32,000 bases of DNA from Neisseria sp. KEM232 (GTDB taxonomy: Bacteria > Pseudomonadota > Gammaproteobacteria > Burkholderiales > Neisseriaceae), in the NCBI RefSeq assembly GCF_002237445.1, contig NZ_CP022527.1:2063134-2095133 (forward strand), in the 5' to 3' direction. Position 1 is the first letter of the stretch; each line of letters opens with the position of its first letter. The notes under the pieces are model-generated. The model made no database searches, was not told where the DNA came from, and worked only from the letters and a program-made list of their open reading frames with translations. Both the position numbers and the translations under genes were made by a program. Shown here piece after piece: positions 1 to 9,044 of the stretch.

Positions 1-84
1 CTGTGAATTCAAGGTTTTCAGACGGCCTTTGGGAATTTTGAAACCGCGTAAGCGGCAAAGCCTTACACTCTACGCTTCGCCTGT

Positions 85-102
85 TAGGGTGTTGACAATC
101 GA
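85..102. repeat. Isolated terminal-repeat copy of the MITE-like family (TAGGGTGTTGACAATCGA)
   Basis: It resembles the ends of the 20777-20941 element (TAGGGTCTGTTGACAATCAGC) with a 2-nt gap. It lies just beyond the lipoprotein gene stop codon. Confidence 0.4.
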
Positions 103-108
103 TACACC

Positions 109-519
109 CTAGAAACTTTGTTTTAAACCCTGAATGCCTTTCTTACATTCGTTGAGCGAAACAGTTTCGAAATGCGGGCGTCCGACCCATACGCCCATAT
201 CTATACTTGCACGTACGCAGCGCGTTTCATTTGGTTTTAGCTCAACCAAGGTGCTGCGTTTTGCTTCCGTTTGCGCCCAAACATCATACTCTCCGGGCGG
301 CAGTTCTTTTTCCACGTAGCCCCCGTTGCGCAGGCGACCGATAATTGTATCGTTTGCTGCAACTTTAAAATGTGTACCACCACCTACAAACGCTTTCGGC
401 CGGTAGACATAGAGCATTGCCTGGCCTTCGGAAGGCTGTTTGAAGCTGTCAAATTGCGTTCCGGTTGCGGCACAGGCCGAAAGCATTAAAGCGGCAAGAG
501 ACATGGGTAAAAATTTCAC
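109..519 (-). CDS. Putative lipoprotein (DUF2846-like)
   Basis: 136-aa ORF with a signal peptide and lipobox (LMLSAC). The family name is from memory of similar small lipoproteins and was not searched. Confidence 0.6.
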   Translation of the reverse strand: MKFLPMSLAALMLSACAATGTQFDSFKQPSEGQAMLYVYRPKAFVGGGTHFKVAANDTIIGRLRNGGYVEKELPPGEYDVWAQTEAKRSTLVELKPNETRCVRASIDMGVWVGRPHFETVSLNECKKGIQGLKQSF

Positions 520-616
520 AATCTATTTCCTTTTGTTAAATGGGTTTAAAGTTTGATAATTTTACACATTCATTTTTAAACTATCAATGATGCCTGACCG
601 ATTTATACTGCGCCGA

Positions 617-2185
<1,569 letters not shown>

Positions 2186-2189
2186 TCAA

Positions 2190-2218
2190 AGGCCGTCTGA
2201 AAACTTTTCAGACGGCCT
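2190..2218. terminator. Inverted DUS pair hairpin between zipA and ligA
   Basis: AGGCCGTCTGAA ... TTCAGACGGCCT inverted repeat. A second overlapping palindromic pair, TTCAGACGGCCGTCTGAA, lies at 2121-2138. Confidence 0.5.
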
Positions 2219-2246
2219 TTTGCGTTCAGACGGCCTGCGGCGGCGT

Positions 2247-3725
2247 TTACGAAAACAGACGCTGCGCCAACTCGCCGCCGGGTTCGATGCCGACTTTCAG
2301 CATTTCGTCCTGACGCGCGGCAACGTAGCGGCCGACGTCTTTGAGCCATTCCATCGACAGCTCTTCCAGTTTGTCGTTCACCAAATCCAAGCCCAGTTCG
2401 CTGGAAAAACGCACGGTCAGATCCATGAAGCGGTCGAAGTTTTTGCTGCCTGCGGGCACGTTGGGGATGTCGAACAGGATGCTGAAGCCTTTATAGGGTT
2501 GTGAGGCCAAAAGGGCGGCGGTGAAGGCGCTGCCGTCCATGGTGACAATGCTGAACAGCGTGCGGCCGTCGCCGCCGTCGAGATGGAAGGCGCCGTCGTG
2601 GCCGAGGGCGAAGCCTGCGCGTTCCACGGCGGCACGCAGTTCACTGCCGCTGACGGAAGTACGCGAAATCAGGTGCATGGCGATGGTTTGGTCGACGCGC
2701 TCGCACAATTCGTCGAGCGGGCGGGCGGTTTCGAGGAAAGCGGGGATGTCCATCAGTTTCATGCCCGCATCGAGTTTGCCGGCAAATTCGTCCACCTGCC
2801 GGCCGAAATCTTCCAACTCCTGCGTGGTGGCCAGCCCCTTGCGCGAGATGGCCTGCATGGCGACGATAAAGCCCTGGTAGTAAACGTTGGGCACGGGTTC
2901 GACTTCCTGCCACAGGCCGTCCATGGTGCAGCCGGCGATGCGGAAGCGGTGGCGGCCGGAGAAGCGCGGCAGGGTGCGGAATTCCTGCGGCTCGCGCAGG
3001 GCGATGTAGGCCATGTAGTCGAAGCGGGGCTCGAACCAGGGCAATTCCTGTTTGACCATGTCGTCCAAGTCCATCAGCAGGCGGCCTTTGCGGGCGGCTT
3101 TTTCCTGCGCGTGTTCGGGGCTACCGACAGTGGCGAAGGCGTAGGCGTTTTCGGCCGTGCCCTCTTCTTGCAGGACGGGCTCGTTTTCTTCGGCTTCGGG
3201 TTTGCGGTCGGAGAGAATCTGCGCCATGACTTTGGCGGCTTTTTCGCGGGCGAGGCGGCGTTCGCGTTCGAGTTTTTCGGCAAAGGAGAGCGGGCGGCGC
3301 TCTTCTTCGCTTTCTCCTTCTCCATCTTCTTCGTTTTCCGCCACGGCATCGGCGTTTTCAGACGGCCTCTGTGCTTCGTCGAACAGGTCGGCGGCATTCG
3401 GCTCGGGCTGCGGCACGGCGGGTTTTTCGGACGGCTGCGGCGCTTCGGCGGCGGGCGTTTCGATTTGGGAAACGTCGGCTTCGCGCACGACCACCAGCGG
3501 CCTGCCCTGTCTGCCCTGCTCCTCCTGCCGGATGGCGGCCGCGCCGTGCGTTTTGCCGTCGCGCACCGAATTGGTGTGGCTTTCCATCAGGGCGTCTTTG
3601 TCGGAACTGCCGAACTGCTCGCGCATACGGCGGCGGTATTGGTTTTCCTGATACATGTTGTAGGCGATCACGCCCAGGATAATCAGCAGGCCGAATGCCG
3701 CCGCAATCCAGATTTTTCCGTCCAT
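2247..3725 (-). CDS. zipA: Cell division protein ZipA
   Basis: N-terminal TM helix followed by YNMYQENQYRRRMREQFG. A long charged, Pro/Glu-rich linker leads to a conserved C-terminal domain. It lies upstream of ligA. Confidence 0.85.
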   Translation of the reverse strand: MDGKIWIAAAFGLLIILGVIAYNMYQENQYRRRMREQFGSSDKDALMESHTNSVRDGKTHGAAAIRQEEQGRQGRPLVVVREADVSQIETPAAEAPQPSEKPAVPQPEPNAADLFDEAQRPSENADAVAENEEDGEGESEEERRPLSFAEKLERERRLAREKAAKVMAQILSDRKPEAEENEPVLQEEGTAENAYAFATVGSPEHAQEKAARKGRLLMDLDDMVKQELPWFEPRFDYMAYIALREPQEFRTLPRFSGRHRFRIAGCTMDGLWQEVEPVPNVYYQGFIVAMQAISRKGLATTQELEDFGRQVDEFAGKLDAGMKLMDIPAFLETARPLDELCERVDQTIAMHLISRTSVSGSELRAAVERAGFALGHDGAFHLDGGDGRTLFSIVTMDGSAFTAALLASQPYKGFSILFDIPNVPAGSKNFDRFMDLTVRFSSELGLDLVNDKLEELSMEWLKDVGRYVAARQDEMLKVGIEPGGELAQRLFS

Positions 3726-3809
3726 ATGTTTGTCTGCGGGTTGTGAATCAAACGGCGGCGATTATAACGGAAAACCGCAATCTTCATCACTTTTGGCCGC
3801 CGCCCGGTT

Positions 3810-4358
3810 TCAGACGGCCGTCTGAAAGCCCCATGCGGCAACGGCGTCCCAATCGAAAAAACGGCCGGGGTCGCTTTTGCGGCCGGGGGCGATGTGCTCA
3901 TGGCCGGTAACGGCTTCAATCGGATACTGCGCGCAAAGGGCGGCCAGCAGGCGGCGCAGGCTTTGGTATTGCGCGTCGGCAAACGGCTCGAAGTCGCAGC
4001 CTTCCATTTCGATGCCGACGGAAAACAGGTTGCATTTTTCCCGCCCGCGAAACGACGACACGCCCGCGTGATAGGCCGTGTCGTCGCAGGAAACAAACTG
4101 CACTGTCTCGCCCGTGCGCGCGATAAAGAAATGGCTGGACACGCGCAAGTCTTTAATCACGCTGAAAAACGGGTGTTCCGCTTCGTCAATTTGGTTGGCA
4201 AACAGCTTTTCCACCACGCCCGTGCCGTATTCGAAAGGCGGCAGCGAAATATTGTGTATCACCGCCAGCGTGACGCGCTCTCCTGCGGGGCGCGGCTCGC
4301 AGTTGGGCGAAAATGCCTGCCGCGCGCCCTGCCAGCGGCCTTGGTTCCATTCGTTCAT
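3810..4358 (-). CDS. ampD: 1,6-anhydro-N-acetylmuramyl-L-alanine amidase AmpD
   Basis: 182 aa from MNEWNQGRW (ATG at 4358-4356). It contains amidase_2 motifs (AVIHNISLPP, AYHAG, GIEMEG, GHEHIAPGRKSDPG). The 363-aa ORF in the track is a read-through of upstream out-of-frame sequence. Confidence 0.85.
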   Translation of the reverse strand: MNEWNQGRWQGARQAFSPNCEPRPAGERVTLAVIHNISLPPFEYGTGVVEKLFANQIDEAEHPFFSVIKDLRVSSHFFIARTGETVQFVSCDDTAYHAGVSSFRGREKCNLFSVGIEMEGCDFEPFADAQYQSLRRLLAALCAQYPIEAVTGHEHIAPGRKSDPGRFFDWDAVAAWGFQTAV

Positions 4359-4438
4359 CGTTTTGCTCCAATGTTCGTGCAGGCCGTCTGAAAAAGCATC
4401 TGACGGCCTGCACGGGGAAGATTGGTTTTCAGACGGCC

Positions 4439-4880
4439 TCACATCAGCCAGCCGTCGGGCGTAACCGGGCGGTTGTCGAGCAGGCGCACAATGCCGACGA
4501 CAACGCGGAAGAGATACCACAACGAAACCAGCCAGAGTATCGGTATGCCGATAAGAATAACGGACAGCACGCCGCCGACGGCAAAGCCCAGCAGCGTGCC
4601 CCAAAACGTGCGGATCAGAAAACGGATATGGTCGGCATAAAACGTGCCCGCCATATCGTCGCCTTTGACATAGGCGATGATAACGCCGATCAGCGCCGCC
4701 ATGCCGCCGGTGAACACCGCCGCCGGTGAACACCGCCGCCGCATACAGGCCGTAAATCACATACATATAGTTGCGCCGCCGCTCCTCAGCCGCATCGGGC
4801 ACGCCGTCCTGCCGCGTTTCCACGCGCACAGGTTCGACATCGATCACATCATCGCGCGCATTGCCGTTTTGTCTGTCCAT
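4439..4880 (-). pseudogene. Small multi-pass inner-membrane protein (DUF4870/COG3671-like) disrupted by a 16-bp duplication
   Basis: The N-terminal part (MDRQNG...YGLYAAAVFTGG) is in the 3810..4901 frame. The C-terminal part (AAVFTGGMAALIGVIIAY...DGWLM) is in the 4439..4744 frame. AAVFTGG is encoded twice at the junction. Confidence 0.75.
4703..4734. repeat. Perfect 16-bp tandem duplication (GCCGCCGGTGAACACC x2)
   Basis: Read directly at 4703-4718 and 4719-4734. The length is not a multiple of 3, so it shifts the frame. Confidence 0.95.
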
Positions 4881-5018
4881 TGCCGCTCCTTCGCCGCACA
4901 AAATGTCAAAAGCCGCACTTTACCCGCGCCGCGCCGACGAAGCAAACAGGCCGTCTGAAATTGCCCGCCGCAGCCGTTGCCTTTATACTGCCGCCCTTTG
5001 TTTTGCGCCTATCCCGTT

Positions 5019-6014
5019 ATGAAAAAAGTGTTTTATACGGTTTTCGCCGCCCTCATATCGGCAGCCGCCGCCTTTGCCGCCCTGCTGTTCGCGCCGAAAA
5101 CCCGCCCCGAACCCTACCGCCTCAAAATCGGCAGCGGGCAAGGCATCTCCGCCGTCGGCAGCCGCCTCGAAGCCGACGGCGTTATCTACAGCCGCCACGT
5201 CCTCACCGCCGCCGCCTACCTCACCGGCACCCACAACAAACTGCGCGGCGGCAGCTACAAACTGCCGCAAACCGCCTCCGCCTGGCAGATTCTGCAAAAA
5301 CTCAAACGCGGCGACACCGACACCGTCACCATACGCATCATCGAAGGCACACGTTTCGCACAAATGCGCAAAATCATCGACAACACCGCCGATCTGCAAC
5401 ACGACACCGCAGGCTGGAGCGACGAGCGCCTGCTCAAAGAAATCGACCCCGAAGCCCCCGCCGCGCACGCCGAAGGCCTGTTCGCCCCCGACAGCTACGA
5501 AACCGACGCCGGCGGCAGCGACCTGCAAATCTACCGCCTGGCCTACCGCACCATGCAGAACAACCTCGCCGCCGCCTGGGACGAGCGCCAAAGCGGCCTG
5601 CCCTACAAAACCCCCTACGAGCTGCTCACCATGGCCAGCATCATCGAAAAGGAAACCGCCCACCCCGACGACCGCCGCCACGTCGCCGCCGTCTTCGTCA
5701 ACCGCCTCAACAGCGGCATGCGCCTGCAAACCGACCCCGCCGTTATCTACGGCATGGGCGACGCCTACGCCGGCCGCATCCGCAAAGCCGATTTGCAGCG
5801 CGACACCCCCTACAACACCTACACCCGATCCGGCCTCACCCCCACCCCCATCGCCCTGCCCGGCAAAGCCGCCCTCGAAGCCGCCGCCCACCCCTCGGCG
5901 GAAAAATACCTCTACTTCGTTTCCAAAATGGACAACAGCGGCAAAAGCCAGTTCAGCCACACCCTCGACGAACACAACGCCGCCGTGCGCCGCTACATTC
6001 TGAAACGCAAATAG
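5019..6014 (+). CDS. mltG: Endolytic murein transglycosylase MltG (YceG family)
   Basis: Starts at MKKVFYTVFAALISAAAAF (TM anchor). YceG-like motifs include IIEGTRF, ASIIEKET, VFVNRL, LQTDPAVIYG and YNTY. Confidence 0.9.
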   Translation: MKKVFYTVFAALISAAAAFAALLFAPKTRPEPYRLKIGSGQGISAVGSRLEADGVIYSRHVLTAAAYLTGTHNKLRGGSYKLPQTASAWQILQKLKRGDTDTVTIRIIEGTRFAQMRKIIDNTADLQHDTAGWSDERLLKEIDPEAPAAHAEGLFAPDSYETDAGGSDLQIYRLAYRTMQNNLAAAWDERQSGLPYKTPYELLTMASIIEKETAHPDDRRHVAAVFVNRLNSGMRLQTDPAVIYGMGDAYAGRIRKADLQRDTPYNTYTRSGLTPTPIALPGKAALEAAAHPSAEKYLYFVSKMDNSGKSQFSHTLDEHNAAVRRYILKRK

Positions 6015-6149
6015 GCTTCGGCGCAGCCAAAACGTGAGATGATATATTGCGGCGTCAACAGCGTATTTTAAAAATAGTTCTAGTATGTTGTTTTTGTTTG
6101 TTATTTAATCTTGACTTTTCATCCGTTTTTGTTTTTGTAAACGACAACG

Positions 6150-6174
6150 GCGGCCGTCTTTTTCAGATGGCCGC
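6150..6174 (-). terminator. Hairpin downstream of the recombinase gene (degenerate DUS pair)
   Basis: GCGGCCGTCT-TTTTC-AGATGGCCGC, with one G:T position, 19 bp past the stop codon. There is no clean T-run. Confidence 0.35.
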
Positions 6175-6192
6175 TTACTTGTCCCGTGTGTG

Positions 6193-7146
6193 TCAAGCCG
6201 TTTGGTAGCGCGTTTTGTCAAACGGTTTGCCGGTCTTGTAGAGGTAGTAGGCTATTTTGGCGAGTTTTCGCATGATGGCTACGATAATGACCATTTTCGG
6301 CTTGTTTGAAAGGTTTGCCGTCAATTTGCCGAATGTGCCTATACGGTAGGCAACGACCGCAGGCATGTAGAGGGCGGATTTCAGGCGTCTGTTGCCGTAG
6401 CGGCTCAGGCGGCCGCGTTTGTCTACGCTTGTTCCCGACTGTTCGATTTTTGGGCTAAGCCCCGCATAAGCGACAAATTTGTTTGCGGTTTCAAAATCCT
6501 TGCCGGTAAGGTGCGCAAGCAGGGCGGCGGCGGTCTCTTTTCCGATGCCCGGAACGGTTTGCAGGTTGTCATAGTGGGTTTTCAGGTTGTTTTGCTGCCT
6601 GATCAGCCTTTCTATTCGTGTGGCCGTTTGGCTGATTTTTCGCTCTATCAGCAGGATGATTGCCTGATGGGTTGCTTTTATGTACTCGTCTGTTGCGGCA
6701 TGCAGACGGTTGCGGCTTTCTTGCAGCTGCCTTTTCAGCTGGTTTTTCAGGCTGTTGAGCTTGTGCAGTTCGTCGGCTGCCTGATTGGGGCGGTAGGGCG
6801 TCAGCAGGTCTTGATGGCGTTTGGCGTAGTCGGCGATTAAAGCGGCGTCGGTTTTGTCGGTCTTGGTGTGGCTGAATCTGCTTTTGGCATACTCTTTAAT
6901 TCTCAGCGGGTTGATAACGTACACGGTTTGATAAGCGGTCAAATACTCGGCTGCCCGTTCGTAGTAGATGCCGGTAGCTTCCATGGCGATAACGGCTTTT
7001 CTGACTTTGTGGCTTTTCATCCACTTTGTCAGTTCTTCAAAGCCTTGTGTGTCATTCCTGATTTTCAGGTGGTACGTTTGGCCGTCTGATTTCTCCAATA
7101 CGGCATCTATGGTTTCCTTCGAGATGTCCAATCCGATTGTGTTCAA
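6193..7146 (-). CDS. IS110-family (Piv/irg-like) DEDD recombinase/transposase
   Basis: 317 aa. N-terminus MNTIGLDISKETIDAV, AMEATGIYY, and a C-terminal domain with VPGIGKETAAALLA and YAGLSPKIEQSG, typical of IS110/Piv transposases. It occupies the same position as the recombinase of Nf prophages. Confidence 0.85.
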   Translation of the reverse strand: MNTIGLDISKETIDAVLEKSDGQTYHLKIRNDTQGFEELTKWMKSHKVRKAVIAMEATGIYYERAAEYLTAYQTVYVINPLRIKEYAKSRFSHTKTDKTDAALIADYAKRHQDLLTPYRPNQAADELHKLNSLKNQLKRQLQESRNRLHAATDEYIKATHQAIILLIERKISQTATRIERLIRQQNNLKTHYDNLQTVPGIGKETAAALLAHLTGKDFETANKFVAYAGLSPKIEQSGTSVDKRGRLSRYGNRRLKSALYMPAVVAYRIGTFGKLTANLSNKPKMVIIVAIMRKLAKIAYYLYKTGKPFDKTRYQTA

Positions 7147-7376
7147 GGGACTTTCCTTATTTATGCAGCCTGCTTACGCGGCTAAGATGATATTCAATCT
7201 TGATTTTACGGGTTGGGCGGTTCGGCAATTCTCACGTACAGCTTTCTAAACTCAGGCCGTTTTGCTGCCTGAACCGCCCCGGCTTTCTTTTGCGCAAACA
7301 AAAGCCTGTAAACCGTCTGGGTGCAAAGGGTTTACAGGCTGCTGCTCGGTTTGACGGGTGGGGGCTACTTGCCTGC
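7147..7376 (-). ncRNA. Structured non-coding leader upstream of the IS110-type recombinase (candidate guide/bridge RNA or 5' UTR)
   Basis: About 230 nt with no credible ORF. A long-range stem pairs GGGCGGTTC (7215-7223) with GAACCGCCC (7271-7279). A 12-bp stem pairs AGCCTGTAAACC (7303-7314) with GGTTTACAGGCT (7329-7340). Function is inferred only. Confidence 0.25.
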
Positions 7377-7377
7377 A

Positions 7378-7419
7378 AAAGACACTGTGCAAACGCTTGG
7401 GCGTTTACACAGTGTCTTT
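7378..7419 (-). terminator. Rho-independent terminator of the phage morphogenesis operon
   Basis: 19-bp stem with one mismatch (AAGACACTGTGCAAACGC / GCGTTTACACAGTGTCTT) and loop TTGG. On the minus strand it is followed by TTTTG, 30 bp after the small ORF stop. Confidence 0.55.
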
Positions 7420-7448
7420 CACAGTCAAGCAGCTGGATTTTTTGCTCA

Positions 7449-7601
7449 TCAAAATCCATGTACTTTTAAAAAAATCAAACCCACAATTATCAAAATAACG
7501 ATTACAAAGAAAGGCCAACGGATTTTAAGACCTTTCCATCCCTTTCTTTCATAAACTGTTGCTACCAATATTCCTAAAAAAAATGCTAAAAAAGGATGCA
7601 T
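7449..7601 (-). CDS. Small hydrophobic phage protein (50 aa), absent from the ORF track
   Basis: Hand translation gives MHPFLAFFLGILVATVYERKGWKGLKIRWPFFVIVILIIVGLIFLKVHGF. It has two predicted TM helices and starts 15 bp after the zot stop. Confidence 0.4.
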   Translation of the reverse strand: MHPFLAFFLGILVATVYERKGWKGLKIRWPFFVIVILIIVGLIFLKVHGF

Positions 7602-7615
7602 AAATTCCCCACTAT

Positions 7616-8752
7616 CTACTGAGCCGGCGGCCCATCACTAAACTTTGTCGTCTCGTACTTGTCTTTGCCGGTCATGGCCAGCACCTGCGGATGTTCGTCA
7701 GGTACGGGCGCGGGCGCGGCCTCTGCCGTCTGTGCCTGATTTTGTGCCGTTTGTCGGCGGTAGGGATTGTACAGCCCGTCGCGGACGTACTCAAGGCATA
7801 AGTCTTTGTCAAAACCGCTGATACGTGTTCCCTGGTCGGTGTAGCAGTTGCAGCGGTTTTTGGCTTTGACGCAGGCCACAGGGTAAGGCATGGTTTGGAC
7901 GGCTTTGTTCAAACCGTCGTAGATGGGCGCTGTGTGCGGTTGGCCGTCTATGGCAGGACGGTAGTCTTGGGCGCTCAGGTGCGGTTTTTGCTCTTTTTCC
8001 ACGGGTTGGCTTGGTATGTCTGCCGCCGTTGCGGCGGCGGGTTGGCCTGCCGGCGCTTGCGCTTGAGGGCTTTGCTGCGCAAAGCCCGAATTCTGCGGCT
8101 GCTGTGCGTCTTTGTTGAATTTCTGCCATCGGTTGTATGAAGACCATGAGGCGGCTACGATAATCAACAAAACGACGGGGAAAATGTAGACGGTACGGCT
8201 CAGTTTGGTGCGGATTTTTGTGTGTTCTTCGGCACTTTTGTAGACGCCAAAGGCTTTTTTGTCGAGGGTGTAGACGCTTTTTACCGCGCCCTCAACGTCT
8301 GTCCTGCTTGTCGGGTCTCCGCAGCGCTCCCACTCGAACATGCGACGTACGCCCAGGTTTGTTTTGCTGATGTGGCAGTGGTGGCCTATCAGGCTGCGGA
8401 CGTTGATATCTACCAGGCGCGGATGTTGGGTCAGCAAAAAGATGTCTATGCCTCTGTGTCGGTGGGTTTCGAGTTCGGCTACGTAGTCGGGGACTTTCGA
8501 GCCGCTGGGGCGGGGTCTGAATACACGCTGGCATTCGTCTATCACGAGGATTGCGCCGGGCGGAGCCCACTTGTGCCACGTCTGCATCGTCTCGCCTTCG
8601 GGTATCGGCAGGTTTGGGATAATCTTGCCGTCTACTTCGGGGATACCGTCGAGATACAAGGGGCGGTCTTTGAGGTCTTTACGGGTCATCAGGTCTGAAA
8701 TCATTTTCAGGGTCTTGCCCGACCCGGGTACGCCTGTTATCAGATACAGCAT
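7616..8752 (-). CDS. zot: Zot-like phage assembly ATPase (pI family)
   Basis: Walker A motif at the N-terminus (MLYLITGVPGSGKT), Walker B-like LVIDECQ, a central TM segment and a Gln/Pro/Ala-rich C-terminal region. Confidence 0.9.
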   Translation of the reverse strand: MLYLITGVPGSGKTLKMISDLMTRKDLKDRPLYLDGIPEVDGKIIPNLPIPEGETMQTWHKWAPPGAILVIDECQRVFRPRPSGSKVPDYVAELETHRHRGIDIFLLTQHPRLVDINVRSLIGHHCHISKTNLGVRRMFEWERCGDPTSRTDVEGAVKSVYTLDKKAFGVYKSAEEHTKIRTKLSRTVYIFPVVLLIIVAASWSSYNRWQKFNKDAQQPQNSGFAQQSPQAQAPAGQPAAATAADIPSQPVEKEQKPHLSAQDYRPAIDGQPHTAPIYDGLNKAVQTMPYPVACVKAKNRCNCYTDQGTRISGFDKDLCLEYVRDGLYNPYRRQTAQNQAQTAEAAPAPVPDEHPQVLAMTGKDKYETTKFSDGPPAQ

Positions 8753-8764
8753 TGCGTTGTCCTT

Positions 8765-9043
8765 CTATTTCTTTCCTACGCCTGCCGAAAGTTTGGACAG
8801 GCTTTTGATTGAGGTAATAAAAGCGAATGTGCCGAATATCCAGTTTAGACAAACGCCCAAGCCTGCGATATAGGCCAGTTGCAGGCCGTCTTGCGGAAGG
8901 CCGCCGATTTGTTTTTGCACGGCGTCAAGCAGGTATTTTTGCAGTTCGTTCAGCCCGACATAGGACACGAAAGACAAGCCCAGTGCTGCAATGACTTTGC
9001 CCGCCACCGTCATCAATACGCTGGTAATCAGTCTGCCCCACAT
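8765..9043 (-). CDS. Minor coat protein, pVI-like (DUF2523-type)
   Basis: 92 aa from MWGRLITSVLMTV. It is hydrophobic and lies between the adsorption protein and zot, as in inoviruses. Its start is closely spaced with the upstream stop (TAATATG). Confidence 0.6.
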   Translation of the reverse strand: MWGRLITSVLMTVAGKVIAALGLSFVSYVGLNELQKYLLDAVQKQIGGLPQDGLQLAYIAGLGVCLNWIFGTFAFITSIKSLSKLSAGVGKK

Positions 9044-9044
9044 A

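Noticed and set aside
3810-4901. A 363-aa ORF presented as a single protein.
   Set aside because: It is a read-through. Only the last 182 aa are AmpD. The N-terminal third is the frameshifted membrane-protein gene, and the middle part is out-of-frame translation across its remainder and the intergenic DUS region.
4880-6037. Long Arg/Pro-rich ORFs overlapping mltG in other frames or on the other strand (4880..6037, 5074..6003, 4983..5975). Analogous shadow ORFs lie over zipA (2583..3746), argB (13748..14869), aspS (17090..18907), dnaB (22645..23748), nlpD (30599..31771, 30784..31878), hpnE (28932..29618) and surE (29764..30552).
   Set aside because: These are typical stop-poor shadow frames of GC-rich genes. 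Their translations are low-complexity, while the alternative frame encodes an unmistakable conserved protein.
7378-7419. The strongest hairpin of the leader region as part of the putative guide RNA.
   Set aside because: On the minus strand it is followed by a T-run and sits just after the last phage ORF, so an intrinsic terminator is the simpler reading. It was excluded from the candidate RNA.
7232-7459. A 75-aa minus-strand ORF and plus-strand ORFs (7200..7469, 7321..7554) in the recombinase upstream region.
   Set aside because: They run through the hairpins and terminator, lack ribosome-binding sites and have no protein-like composition. The region is better explained as structured non-coding RNA or DNA.
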